This document shows, in pieces, positions 41,471 to 51,261 of a stretch of DNA of 52,140 bases; position 1 is the stretch's first letter, and every line of letters starts with the position of its first letter. The notes under the pieces were generated by a model. It ran no database searches and was not told the DNA's origin. It worked only from the letters and a program-made list of their open reading frames with translations. The position numbers and the translations under genes were made by a program. Source of the DNA: a virus (lineage: Duplodnaviria > Heunggongvirae > Uroviricota > Caudoviricetes); the IMG/VR virus record IMGVR_UViG_3300023181_000001, positions 94,509 through 146,648 of that record; one strand, written 5' to 3'.

Positions 41471-43893
41471 AGTCTTATGGGTTTTTCTATTACGGATGTT
41501 GTATTTTTGAAAGAATAATTCTCATTAGGTCTTAACACTACTCTTTCGCCTGTTTGTTCTGAAATTGCCTCTATAGGGTGTTTCATAAAATTCATTGTTA
41601 TGTTCCCGCTCGGTACTCTTACCATTTGATTTGGATATTGCCACATACCCAAAGGTGAGGTCGGTATTTCTCCCCCTATTTGATAGTTTGGAGTTATATT
41701 GAGATAATTTCTCAAAGTATTATACCTTTCTTGAGCCTTTGGGTTATTTTGAGCTTCGGGATTGTTGTAACGCCTTTCTATATCTTGGTTGTATTTCTCT
41801 TGATAATCCAAAGCTCTCTCAGCTTTCAGAATGTCTGCGTTTTCATCATACCTACCCGAACCATAGCCTTGAGCATTATTCATTCTCTCATTGTATTCTG
41901 ATAGGCTGAAGCTATTAGGCATTTGAGCATTTGGTAATACTTCTAAACTTGCTTGAGGTACAATGTTATTATAAACTTGGGCTACTCCTTGCTCCTCTAC
42001 TTTTGAAGCTGTATTTTGAATTTCTCTTTGTTGTTTATAGATTTCGGCCTTAGCTTGATAGCCTGCTTTATTCTTTATAACAACTGTTTGTTCTGGCTTT
42101 TTGTAATTACCTATTGAAACTTTCGTATTTATGTCAGGTCTGCCCTGTATCGGATTTTTTATGGTATTCTTAAAAGTTGTACGGGAAATTGGGTTTATGC
42201 CTGTGATTTGTCTTCCATTATCATCCTCAGTAACACTCATATCAAAAATTCTTCCGTTATTGCTATTATCAACGTCTCTTAGGCTTCCCATATATACCAA
42301 AGGTCTTTTCTGCATATCTTCTTTGGTCTGCCTGTTCTCTTCATATAAATACAAACTATCTTGATATGCTTGGTATCTAGGATCATTAGCATTATCTACA
42401 TATAACGTTCCCCCTTTTTGATAGGCACCTAAAACGGTGTTATTTAATTCATTTAAAGTTTTATATTCTCTATCTCCTCTATGGTCATATAAGTATTGAT
42501 AATTTTTAGGAGCTATTTCTTTATGTGTTTCATATTCTACGGTACCCTTTATCTCATAAGGACTTTTTCCTTGTATATAGGCGGGTATGTCGTTAGTTAA
42601 AAATTTCACAGATTGTATTAGATTATCTTGTCCCGCATGTGAAATTTCTTCAAGGTAGCTATCAGGCGAAAAATAATCTTCAGCAGTTGTTAGCCCAGGT
42701 AGGCTTATGGTATTATTAAAAGGATTATAATTTGGTCGCTTGCCAGTAAATGGTAAACCTTTGTTTTCAAAAGAAATTTCAGGATTTCCATTTCTGTACT
42801 GTAAATCTAAAAGTCTTTGGTATTCATTACCGTCTAGAATTTTTTCAGCGCTTTCAAAATACTTTTTTGTATCTCCATCGAAATTCCTTCTTTCATTATC
42901 AGAATACATTTTAGAACGAGGTTTAACTAAATTTCCTGTTCTATTTATTTCTGCCTTATCTTCTATTGTTCTTCTTACTTCTCCAAAATTTAATTTTTCT
43001 TTTTGTGGCGTAGTATCTTTTATTCCAATATTAATTTCTGTAGGTCTTCTATAACTAAAAGTACCTCCTTTTTGCATTTGTAAGAAACTGTCTATTTCAG
43101 CGTAAGTTTGATTGGGATCTACATAGTATTCTGTAGTATCTTCTTGAATAGGTTGAGACTCTTCTTGAGGTGCTTGTTGTACTATGACTTCTTTTTCTCT
43201 TATTATTTCTTTCTCCGCCTGTTTTTCTTCGAGTTTTTGTATATTTTCATCCTCGTCGGGAATATAGGAAGTTCCTGCAAAATTAGGGAGTTCTTTGGTA
43301 AATACCAAATCTGTTAATCTGCTATTAACTTCTTGAAGGTTTTGGACTGTTTCTTGTGGTGTTATTTGTTTTTCACTATTTGTATACCTTGTTACAGGCG
43401 CACTCATCTTTGCCTTGAAGTGGTTGCTTATATCTCCTAAAGTTTTTGCAGAACCGTCTTTGTTATATAAAAGGGCTCTGTTCTGCTTTAAAATTATGGG
43501 AGAGAAGAATTGATCTGTTCTTATGTTTGGGTTTTTAGTTACACCTTCAATTAGTCTTCCCGCTCCTGCCGCTCCAAACCCATGTGCCAAATAAAGTTCG
43601 TAGTCATCAGGTTGCCTACCTAATCTTTTAGAAAGCTGTTTTTTATTCTCTTCTGTGAAAAGTTTCATTACCTGTTTAGATTTTTCAGGGTCTAGTCTGT
43701 CATCTTGAGAGTAATTCAGATTATATTTTTGAGTAAGATTTCTCCAAGTAGAAGGTACAAATTGGAAAAGTCCCGCCGCACCGAAAGGGTTTTTGGCGGT
43801 TGTTGACCCTCCACTTTCTGCCGATGCCACTTTTCGGGTATACTGCTCATAAGGGTCATTCTGAAAAGACTTAATTGTCGTAATAGGTGGCAT
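41467..43893 (-). CDS. virion protein with N-terminal lytic transglycosylase (SLT/lysozyme-like) domain and further modules
   Basis: VASAESGG (catalytic Glu), AAGLFQFVPSTW, YELYLAHGFG; internal LEEISHAGQ; three GG motifs. Confidence 0.8.
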   Translation of the reverse strand: MPPITTIKSFQNDPYEQYTRKVASAESGGSTTAKNPFGAAGLFQFVPSTWRNLTQKYNLNYSQDDRLDPEKSKQVMKLFTEENKKQLSKRLGRQPDDYELYLAHGFGAAGAGRLIEGVTKNPNIRTDQFFSPIILKQNRALLYNKDGSAKTLGDISNHFKAKMSAPVTRYTNSEKQITPQETVQNLQEVNSRLTDLVFTKELPNFAGTSYIPDEDENIQKLEEKQAEKEIIREKEVIVQQAPQEESQPIQEDTTEYYVDPNQTYAEIDSFLQMQKGGTFSYRRPTEINIGIKDTTPQKEKLNFGEVRRTIEDKAEINRTGNLVKPRSKMYSDNERRNFDGDTKKYFESAEKILDGNEYQRLLDLQYRNGNPEISFENKGLPFTGKRPNYNPFNNTISLPGLTTAEDYFSPDSYLEEISHAGQDNLIQSVKFLTNDIPAYIQGKSPYEIKGTVEYETHKEIAPKNYQYLYDHRGDREYKTLNELNNTVLGAYQKGGTLYVDNANDPRYQAYQDSLYLYEENRQTKEDMQKRPLVYMGSLRDVDNSNNGRIFDMSVTEDDNGRQITGINPISRTTFKNTIKNPIQGRPDINTKVSIGNYKKPEQTVVIKNKAGYQAKAEIYKQQREIQNTASKVEEQGVAQVYNNIVPQASLEVLPNAQMPNSFSLSEYNERMNNAQGYGSGRYDENADILKAERALDYQEKYNQDIERRYNNPEAQNNPKAQERYNTLRNYLNITPNYQIGGEIPTSPLGMWQYPNQMVRVPSGNITMNFMKHPIEAISEQTGERVVLRPNENYSFKNTTSVIEKPIRL

Positions 43894-46800
43894 CGTTTTC
43901 TGTGTTTTTGTAATTAATCTTAAATCTAGACTCTAAATCATTTTCAAGTCTTATTATGAATGAATCTCCTCTCATTCTTTCTAGAAGTTTTTTATTTGCG
44001 AAATTTACCGCTCTTCTGTCAATCTCTCTGTAGATATTGTTATCATCCCAAGTCCATTGCGGAATATTTCTGTTCTCTCTTTTTACACGATTATAGAAAT
44101 AGTTTATGTGCTGTTTCTCATCTTGTTGAACAAAAAGGATATCTTGAGTGTTATCAGGATTTGTTATCGGATATTTTCTCACGTCAGAAACTGCCCTTTG
44201 TTCTTTCAAGTTTAGATTTCCTGAGTTATTGCTATTATTGTAAATAACTGTTTTGTTAAATCCTTTATTCGCCCACTCTGCATAAGACCAATTATCTTGG
44301 TATCTCAAAGCTTCTGAATTTATACTTAAGTTGTCAAAAAGCTTGCTTGAATTTTTATTTGCATAAACTGTCTCTACTATAAAAGGTTTCAATTCTCCTT
44401 GAAATACTTGAAAAGAAGCGTTCTCTAAAGTATGCGACCATAGTTTTGACTGATTTGAATTAAATCCCACTTGGAAAAAATCTTGATGGGAATTGTAGTA
44501 GTTTGGGGTTGAGCTGAAATAGCTGTTCCATCCTTTTCTTTCAAACTTATAGCTTATAGTCCAAGATCTGTCTTGAAAATATCTTGAATCTGTTATCTCG
44601 ACAGGTATTTTTATGTCCTCGTAGGTAGGTGTTTCAGTAAAGACACATGTACAGCTCCCAAAACTCTGTTCACAGCCTGTCTGACATGTCGGGTCAATTT
44701 GTTCGACACAGCCTATATTATTTACAATCGCATCTACAACATCATCGCCTATTCCTACCCCATTTTGATTATAATAATAAGTCCCTCCTGTTTTATTTGC
44801 ATAATTCTGCATAAGGTAAGTTATATTAGGTGCCAGGCCTCCATTTGGAGGTATAGGGAAGGGCTGATTACCCGCAGTCAAGAAAGGAAATATCTGAATG
44901 CCCTGTGAACTAGATTGCTCAGCCAAAGCATCTGCCTCTACCCAATCTTCTAATGTGTAACTGTCAGTTAACCCTGAAGGAGGGGCATCTGTCACTAAAA
45001 TAATAGCTTTTGCCGCATTCTCTCTGAAAGTCCCTATAGTGAATCCTCCCATGGGACTACCTTCAAAATCTATAGATACTGTGTTGTCTAAAGTGGCTTT
45101 TAAAGCTAAATCACTAGGTTCTGGTAGCCCTGCTCCTCCTGAAGCGAATATTGTATTCATAGCTGTCAAGAACGGAGTTTCATTTGCAATAGCCATAGGA
45201 GCTAATATGTCAAAAAGAGGCTGTCCTATCCCTCTTCTGTCTTTAACTGCAATTAGCCCTAGTCTGTAGTCACTTCCAAATTCTGCAATGATTGAAGGTA
45301 CTATGGAAGAACTTATTGCGTCTTTTATGCCGTTTATTGCTCCTGACTGAGAGGATGTTGCATCCAAGATGAAAACTATGTCCAATCCTTCATCGCATCC
45401 TTCTCCATCTTTCTCACATTTACCTGTTGTCGTATTATACTCAAAGCCTACTGGACATGAAGAAGTTACTGTCGCTCTTTCACATAACTGTGTTACAGGA
45501 TTATAGGTATAGCCTTCATTGCAGATAGGCTGTGGTTCTTCTCCCTCACAATTTGTCAGATTCAGTACAAACCCTGTCTCAGGATCATACTCAATACAGT
45601 CTGATATCGGAACAGCATCTAATTTTGTCAAAAAGAATCTTTTGTTTACTGCATCATACCCTCCTGAAATTCCTAATTTTAGAAACGGATTGTCTATGTC
45701 AGCGTCTTTGAAAAATCTTTTTATTTTAAATGGAAGCTGTTTCTTAAACCACCTCTGCATATTGGATATCTCTCCTGAAAAGCTGTAAGCCATGTCTTCT
45801 ATCTTATCCGCCCCATTGCTTAAGAATATAACCTGTCCTCTTTCAGAATCTATATGGATGTCTCCAAATTCAGTCTCAATTACATTATGGTGCTGAGTAC
45901 CTGTAAATCCAAGAGAACTCTTTACAAACTCCACAGGTTTTGTTGTGAATATTCCTCCTGTTCCAAGTTCTTTTGTCTGAGCTGTTATTCTTTCTGCGAG
46001 ATTGTCCACAGTATTGAAAACTTGCATCCCATCTGTGAACCTAGCAACTGCCTGATTTCTTGTAGACTCTTTTAGGCTTTTCAATTTACCCGAATCGGTA
46101 TCGAAATCATAAGAGTTCAAAGGCTTATAAACTAAGTATGGATCATAAAAGTTGTCATATTCGCTATTATCCAGTTCTGACCATATAATTTCATTAACGT
46201 TTTGCGATATTTGATTCCATTTTTTTCTGTCATAACTTGTGGGAAGATTTACAGTATTTGTGTAAATTCTAGGTAAAGAAAATACATTGCTATATAGAAT
46301 AGAATTAGGCTCTTTTATAGATATGTTCTTTTCTTGAGTGAGGAATTCCAAATTAGGCACTACTGGATAGAAGTGCGTATTTATATCTTTATTGGCATAT
46401 CTCATATTCAAGTTCATCTCCGACTCTACTAGAAAATCTACCACACTATAATAGGCTGTGTAGAATTTTGAAGGCCTGATATAAAACTTATTCCCTCCTG
46501 GCTTACAGTCAAACTCGTAGTCAGAATCAATGTCTGGCATAGGTATTAGAAATCCATCAAATTCAGTATCTGTTTCATAATCACAGTAGAATCTTGGGAA
46601 CCCTATGTTACTTGCTGTCGAATACTCGTAAGTTGTCTTATCGGGAGTTCCAAAAGCAGTTCTTCTAAAAAACGGTATTTTTCTTTTGTAGGTGAATCTT
46701 GTTATATTTATGTTTCCGCCAAATACGGGTTCACAGTTGTTGGATACTCCTATTTCAAAAATCTTTCCTGTCGTAAGCCATCTCACCGTATCGATATCTC

Positions 46801-49800
46801 CATATTGGTCAGGAACATAGTTTTTCATAGTTACATAGGGACTTGCAATATCAGGAGAAAATTCTCTCTTATCACAGCCTATAGTACTAGAAGTAGCTTT
46901 TGAAGAAGTGTTTTTTATATTGGAGTTATCTATGCTTTGGTATTGTTGAGAGTACTCCAAAAAATTATCACCTAAAGCCAGAAATACCGATCCCTCTCTT
47001 TGGAAATTGTTTATGTTGTAAGTCTCTCCCGCTTTTGTATCGACTAGAGAGAAATCCCCGTCTGGTAGATACCTTGATATGCTTAAAGGTTTGAAATAAT
47101 TTGCATCATCCCTGTTTACTATAATATTGTTATACTTTCCTAAACTGTACCCATAATAAGCAAAGTTGTAAGAAGCTCCGATATCTCTAAAAGACTTAAT
47201 CCAGTCATATCTGTATTGTCCTGACTTTACAAACCCGCTCGTGGCGTAGGCAACTCCTGCTAGTATGGCACCCACAAGTCCCAAACTTGTACCTACAACA
47301 AACCCTGCCATAAAGAACTGGCTTGAAGTAAGCTCTGCTACACTGATAGCCGTTTCTAACACAACCTCTGTAACTGCTAGAGTGGTTGCTGTATTTCTGG
47401 CTTTTCTTCCTAATATTGTCCATTTAGGATGGTCTTCTAATTCAGTGAAATTACTTTTTGCCGTTCCTTTTAAGTACCCCTGTATAGAAATTTCTGTACC
47501 AAGCTGAGTTTTTGTATGTAGCAGGTCAGGAGAAATATAAGTAAATTTATTATTTTTTTCTCCTTGATAAGGGTGCTGTATTACATTACTTGCACTCCTA
47601 TTAGGCTTATGGTACAGATCTCCTCCTAAATCATTATAAGGAAAATTAGAATAAAGATACTGTTTGTCATCCCTGTCATATTGATACATATCAAACATTA
47701 ATCCATTTGAAATAACACTCTTACTGTAAGTGTTATCCCCTCTCAAAATTTCAAATCCGAAAACATTGTCGGCTTCCTTCTGAGTCATAAGATTATTTCT
47801 AACTGCAATTTTTAACATACCTTCAACCACTCTAGCATCCAAATGCACTCCTAGAGGATATATGAAACTGTCTGTAAAAGACGGCATCTCTTGATTTGCA
47901 ATAAAAGGTGCTACTCTATTATCTGGCATTTTTGGGTGTCGTATTTTTGCACATCGAAAATCCGCACCTTCTTTAAGCGTATAGTAGTTGTCGTCGTCTA
48001 ACCCTTCTGCATAATACTGTTCAAACTTAGTTCTCAAATCAGAAGGTATATCGGAAGGCTCAATTTTTAATCCGCTACTGTCGTATAAGTCCTTATTGTC
48101 AGGATATGTCCTAGTACTTTCCCAAAAAGAAAATTCCCCTTGTTTGTAAGGTATAGGTTCGCATTCTAAATTATCGGGTAGAAAATAAGTACATGAAGTA
48201 GAGTATTTCTCAGATTTGTCAAGAATTATTGAAGTCCATGAAACTGTTGCTCTATCATAGGTTACGTCTCTTGTCACTACAGCAAAACATCCGTCTGGTG
48301 GGGCTGTTCTAAACTTTACTACGGGCGTTGCTTCTGGGTCGTATCCGTTTTCTTGGGTGTCATCTTTTGGAAGTCCCAAAGTTTGATTTACCCATGGATC
48401 TATAGCTACAAACATATCTCCCGAAGCAAAGGGATTTACTAGAGGAATTACAGTATTATTAATTATTACTATATCGTTCTGAGAAGTTCCATCCAGGTCT
48501 CCTGTCAGGTTGTCTACATTAACTGTGAGGGTTATAGCCGATCTTAAACTTATAATCCCATCTTCTATCGATATTCTTATTCCATTTTCTTCCAGCTCTG
48601 TCCCGTTTTCGAGCATAAAATTGTTAATGGTAGTGTCTATATCTGTGTCAAAAACCATAGGGTAAGACTCTAGATTTATTATGACGCTTGCAGAACCCGA
48701 AGTTCCTGTAATGACCAATCTAGAATCCGTATTTCTATAACTTTCTATTCTATATTTTAACCCTTGTGTTCTTATGGGAATAATCTCACCATAGAAGGCT
48801 TGTGTATCAGAACACTTGTGAAACAGGGAAACCCTCACTTTTTGAGTAGGATTTACTGTTGTTTCTATTATGTCGTCGTTTGCGGGAGCCTCTTGAGTCT
48901 TAGATACTTCTAATATAAATTTATTTCTATTAAGGGTATTTGCTTTAAACCATAAAGCCCCTGACTGAATTTTTTCTCCAAAACCATTTACGCCTGTAAG
49001 TTCTGTTAAGTATGCCTCTTTAGCAGTTTCCAATTCTGCTCTTGTTTCTCCGCCTCTGTAGTTTATAAAATATCTTTGGGCATTATTATTTATTGCGGAA
49101 ATGTTGATGATATCGCTGGCAGAAGAGCATCCTTCATTGGTAGAATTATAACTTCTTTTCAATACAGTCTTTCTTGTGTTGTCAGGTATTCCTAAACGCA
49201 TCATATAGAGATATTCAAAAGTGGTATCCCTTACATAACCTCCTGCCGAACTGGCTTCATAAAAGTTACAAGAGCTGCTAGGAAAATCTTCGTAGCTTTC
49301 TGGAAATGCTGATTCTTCTCTATTGACAAATTCTCCTTCAACAGTATTAATAGAAACTTTAAATTCATCTAGAGTAGGTGTATCGCATACAGTCTCTTCC
49401 ACCTCTGTTTGATTAGACCATGATACTGGCGTATTTCCAGTAGCTGTAAAGACCGTGCCTTCTGTGGTAAAACCTACATTTGAGAAATCATCTCCTGGTT
49501 GCAAATCGTAGATAATGTAATTTTTCCCTTCTGTCAAATTTCCTGAAGTGGAAACTGTTCCAAAAACAGGGATGCAATGAGATTCAGGGTAAGGATTTAA
49601 AAGATAAGGTGTTATTTCAGGGATGATTACGCTAGGATTATCCGCTATGTAATCCTTTAGGTTGTCAAACTCTGTATTTAACTCTATCTCTATTGTGTTT
49701 GCACTAATTTCATCAACTCCTCGAACTATACACACTCTAGATTCAGCTTGTATTACCTCTGTACCGCTGGTAGCTATACTGCAAGTTTTTTCTACTTTTG

Positions 49801-51250
49801 CTGTATTTATGTACTGCCACTTATAATCTCTGTCGGTTGAATCACATCCTGAGATATCCCCCATTAGGTCTGAAAATCCTGTTTCGAGATCTTCACTATT
49901 TGCTGGTCTGGATATGATAGGAAAATTATAGCTCTTGCCTCCATCCTTGAAAAGAAGCCTTAAAGAAAATGGCTGTACTTCATCTCTCATATATCCCATA
50001 TAATCGGCTGAAATAACTCCGTCTTTATATAACTCCTCGTTAGTGATTACCGTCTGCCACTTCATAAGAGAAGAGAGCAGATTTACCACAGGCTGTATAT
50101 TCACTTCTTCCCTTCTTTTTACTCCGTGTATATACTTTCTCGATCCTATAACGGCTTCACCTTCTGCCTTTTCTATTTTAGGCTTTCTAAAAAATATATC
50201 GTTTAATTGTACTTCCTTTTTAGGAGATATAAGACTGTCTCTTTGGGTATTTGTGTAAATTCTTCCCGAAGAAGTTGACAAAACAGTATCGTTTGAAGTA
50301 GAGAAAATCCCCTCTTCATAGGCAAAAATATCTGAATTTAATACGCCTCTTTCTACACATACTACCTTGTAATATCTGTATTTAGGGTCTAAGTTTAAAA
50401 TATTTAACTTTATAGAAAATGAAGTCAGGTCATCTAATTCAGTTGAGTCTAAAATTCTATCATTTTCGTTGAATATTTTTATCACTCCTGAACTTGAAGA
50501 GTACTCTGACATTTCAGCACCATTTTTGTCACAATAGCATGCAAAGTATTCGTAACTTCCCATTCTTAAGTTACCTCCTACATTTCTAGATACTGCTTGA
50601 ATTGAAAGAGGAGAATGTTCAGGAAATTGGAGAAGTTTTTTTATGTCTATGCAATTTGTAATATCATTATCCTCGCAAGGAATCTCCACTTCAAAAAGAT
50701 AGCTTGTATCTGATACGTTTAACCATCTTGGAGGATTTAAGTTATCTTCCCAATAGATAGTAGTACCTGACTGTTCATTTTTTATTACAATATGTTTTAT
50801 AGGATAGATATCTTTGAAATTCAGACCTTTTCCTATATCTAGACAATTATCATTTATAAGCTCTACGTAAATGTTCTCTGCTGTTTGTGTGGTCTGTTCC
50901 AAAGGTTCAGATAATACGTTTGCATTTCCACAGCCTACACAATTTTCTTGAGGGTCTTCATTTTCGTGAAAAGTCAAAAAGTCTTCGACATATCCTATCG
51001 AAGACTTGCTTGTTTCTCTATTGGTTAGAAAATAGTAAGTTACATTTTTTAAGGCGTTCTTTTTAAAACCTATGACTTTATAACCCTCTGGAAAGTTTAC
51101 ATTTAAGTAATTTGAAGGTTCATTGTGAGTTACCTGTCCGTTAGTGTCAGAATTAAGAGCAAAAACAAATTCTCCATCTTGGAGTCTGTCTATGTTATTT
51201 TCCCTGTTCATTCCACGAAGCGGTAAGCTTATTTCTTTTTTCTGTTGCAC
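43871..51250 (-). CDS. tail stabilization / muzzle protein (P22 gp10-like, crAss-type) with inserted domains including vWA
   Basis: N-terminus RGMNRENNID...FVFALN, beta-rich body, C-terminal ERMRGDSFIIRL; follows the ring protein; DIVFILDATSS vWA motif. Confidence 0.75.
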   Translation of the reverse strand: MQQKKEISLPLRGMNRENNIDRLQDGEFVFALNSDTNGQVTHNEPSNYLNVNFPEGYKVIGFKKNALKNVTYYFLTNRETSKSSIGYVEDFLTFHENEDPQENCVGCGNANVLSEPLEQTTQTAENIYVELINDNCLDIGKGLNFKDIYPIKHIVIKNEQSGTTIYWEDNLNPPRWLNVSDTSYLFEVEIPCEDNDITNCIDIKKLLQFPEHSPLSIQAVSRNVGGNLRMGSYEYFACYCDKNGAEMSEYSSSSGVIKIFNENDRILDSTELDDLTSFSIKLNILNLDPKYRYYKVVCVERGVLNSDIFAYEEGIFSTSNDTVLSTSSGRIYTNTQRDSLISPKKEVQLNDIFFRKPKIEKAEGEAVIGSRKYIHGVKRREEVNIQPVVNLLSSLMKWQTVITNEELYKDGVISADYMGYMRDEVQPFSLRLLFKDGGKSYNFPIISRPANSEDLETGFSDLMGDISGCDSTDRDYKWQYINTAKVEKTCSIATSGTEVIQAESRVCIVRGVDEISANTIEIELNTEFDNLKDYIADNPSVIIPEITPYLLNPYPESHCIPVFGTVSTSGNLTEGKNYIIYDLQPGDDFSNVGFTTEGTVFTATGNTPVSWSNQTEVEETVCDTPTLDEFKVSINTVEGEFVNREESAFPESYEDFPSSSCNFYEASSAGGYVRDTTFEYLYMMRLGIPDNTRKTVLKRSYNSTNEGCSSASDIINISAINNNAQRYFINYRGGETRAELETAKEAYLTELTGVNGFGEKIQSGALWFKANTLNRNKFILEVSKTQEAPANDDIIETTVNPTQKVRVSLFHKCSDTQAFYGEIIPIRTQGLKYRIESYRNTDSRLVITGTSGSASVIINLESYPMVFDTDIDTTINNFMLENGTELEENGIRISIEDGIISLRSAITLTVNVDNLTGDLDGTSQNDIVIINNTVIPLVNPFASGDMFVAIDPWVNQTLGLPKDDTQENGYDPEATPVVKFRTAPPDGCFAVVTRDVTYDRATVSWTSIILDKSEKYSTSCTYFLPDNLECEPIPYKQGEFSFWESTRTYPDNKDLYDSSGLKIEPSDIPSDLRTKFEQYYAEGLDDDNYYTLKEGADFRCAKIRHPKMPDNRVAPFIANQEMPSFTDSFIYPLGVHLDARVVEGMLKIAVRNNLMTQKEADNVFGFEILRGDNTYSKSVISNGLMFDMYQYDRDDKQYLYSNFPYNDLGGDLYHKPNRSASNVIQHPYQGEKNNKFTYISPDLLHTKTQLGTEISIQGYLKGTAKSNFTELEDHPKWTILGRKARNTATTLAVTEVVLETAISVAELTSSQFFMAGFVVGTSLGLVGAILAGVAYATSGFVKSGQYRYDWIKSFRDIGASYNFAYYGYSLGKYNNIIVNRDDANYFKPLSISRYLPDGDFSLVDTKAGETYNINNFQREGSVFLALGDNFLEYSQQYQSIDNSNIKNTSSKATSSTIGCDKREFSPDIASPYVTMKNYVPDQYGDIDTVRWLTTGKIFEIGVSNNCEPVFGGNINITRFTYKRKIPFFRRTAFGTPDKTTYEYSTASNIGFPRFYCDYETDTEFDGFLIPMPDIDSDYEFDCKPGGNKFYIRPSKFYTAYYSVVDFLVESEMNLNMRYANKDINTHFYPVVPNLEFLTQEKNISIKEPNSILYSNVFSLPRIYTNTVNLPTSYDRKKWNQISQNVNEIIWSELDNSEYDNFYDPYLVYKPLNSYDFDTDSGKLKSLKESTRNQAVARFTDGMQVFNTVDNLAERITAQTKELGTGGIFTTKPVEFVKSSLGFTGTQHHNVIETEFGDIHIDSERGQVIFLSNGADKIEDMAYSFSGEISNMQRWFKKQLPFKIKRFFKDADIDNPFLKLGISGGYDAVNKRFFLTKLDAVPISDCIEYDPETGFVLNLTNCEGEEPQPICNEGYTYNPVTQLCERATVTSSCPVGFEYNTTTGKCEKDGEGCDEGLDIVFILDATSSQSGAINGIKDAISSSIVPSIIAEFGSDYRLGLIAVKDRRGIGQPLFDILAPMAIANETPFLTAMNTIFASGGAGLPEPSDLALKATLDNTVSIDFEGSPMGGFTIGTFRENAAKAIILVTDAPPSGLTDSYTLEDWVEADALAEQSSSQGIQIFPFLTAGNQPFPIPPNGGLAPNITYLMQNYANKTGGTYYYNQNGVGIGDDVVDAIVNNIGCVEQIDPTCQTGCEQSFGSCTCVFTETPTYEDIKIPVEITDSRYFQDRSWTISYKFERKGWNSYFSSTPNYYNSHQDFFQVGFNSNQSKLWSHTLENASFQVFQGELKPFIVETVYANKNSSKLFDNLSINSEALRYQDNWSYAEWANKGFNKTVIYNNSNNSGNLNLKEQRAVSDVRKYPITNPDNTQDILFVQQDEKQHINYFYNRVKRENRNIPQWTWDDNNIYREIDRRAVNFANKKLLERMRGDSFIIRLENDLESRFKINYKNTENDATYYDN

Positions 51251-51261
51251 AGTTTTTAATT

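Noticed and set aside
44630-45560. Intein in the muzzle protein
   Set aside because: Cys residues form disulfide-type repeats; no C...HN/C ends or LAGLIDADG motifs; the insert is vWA-like
47205-47423. Nested minus-strand 72-aa ORF inside the muzzle gene
   Set aside because: Alternative frame over a Gly/Ala/Val-rich stretch, with no independent support
19512-51250. Stop-codon reassignment (TAG or TGA), as in some crAss-like phages
   Set aside because: ORFs up to 2459 aa are uninterrupted in the standard code, and TAG and TGA serve as normal stops (for example 10444 and 41467)
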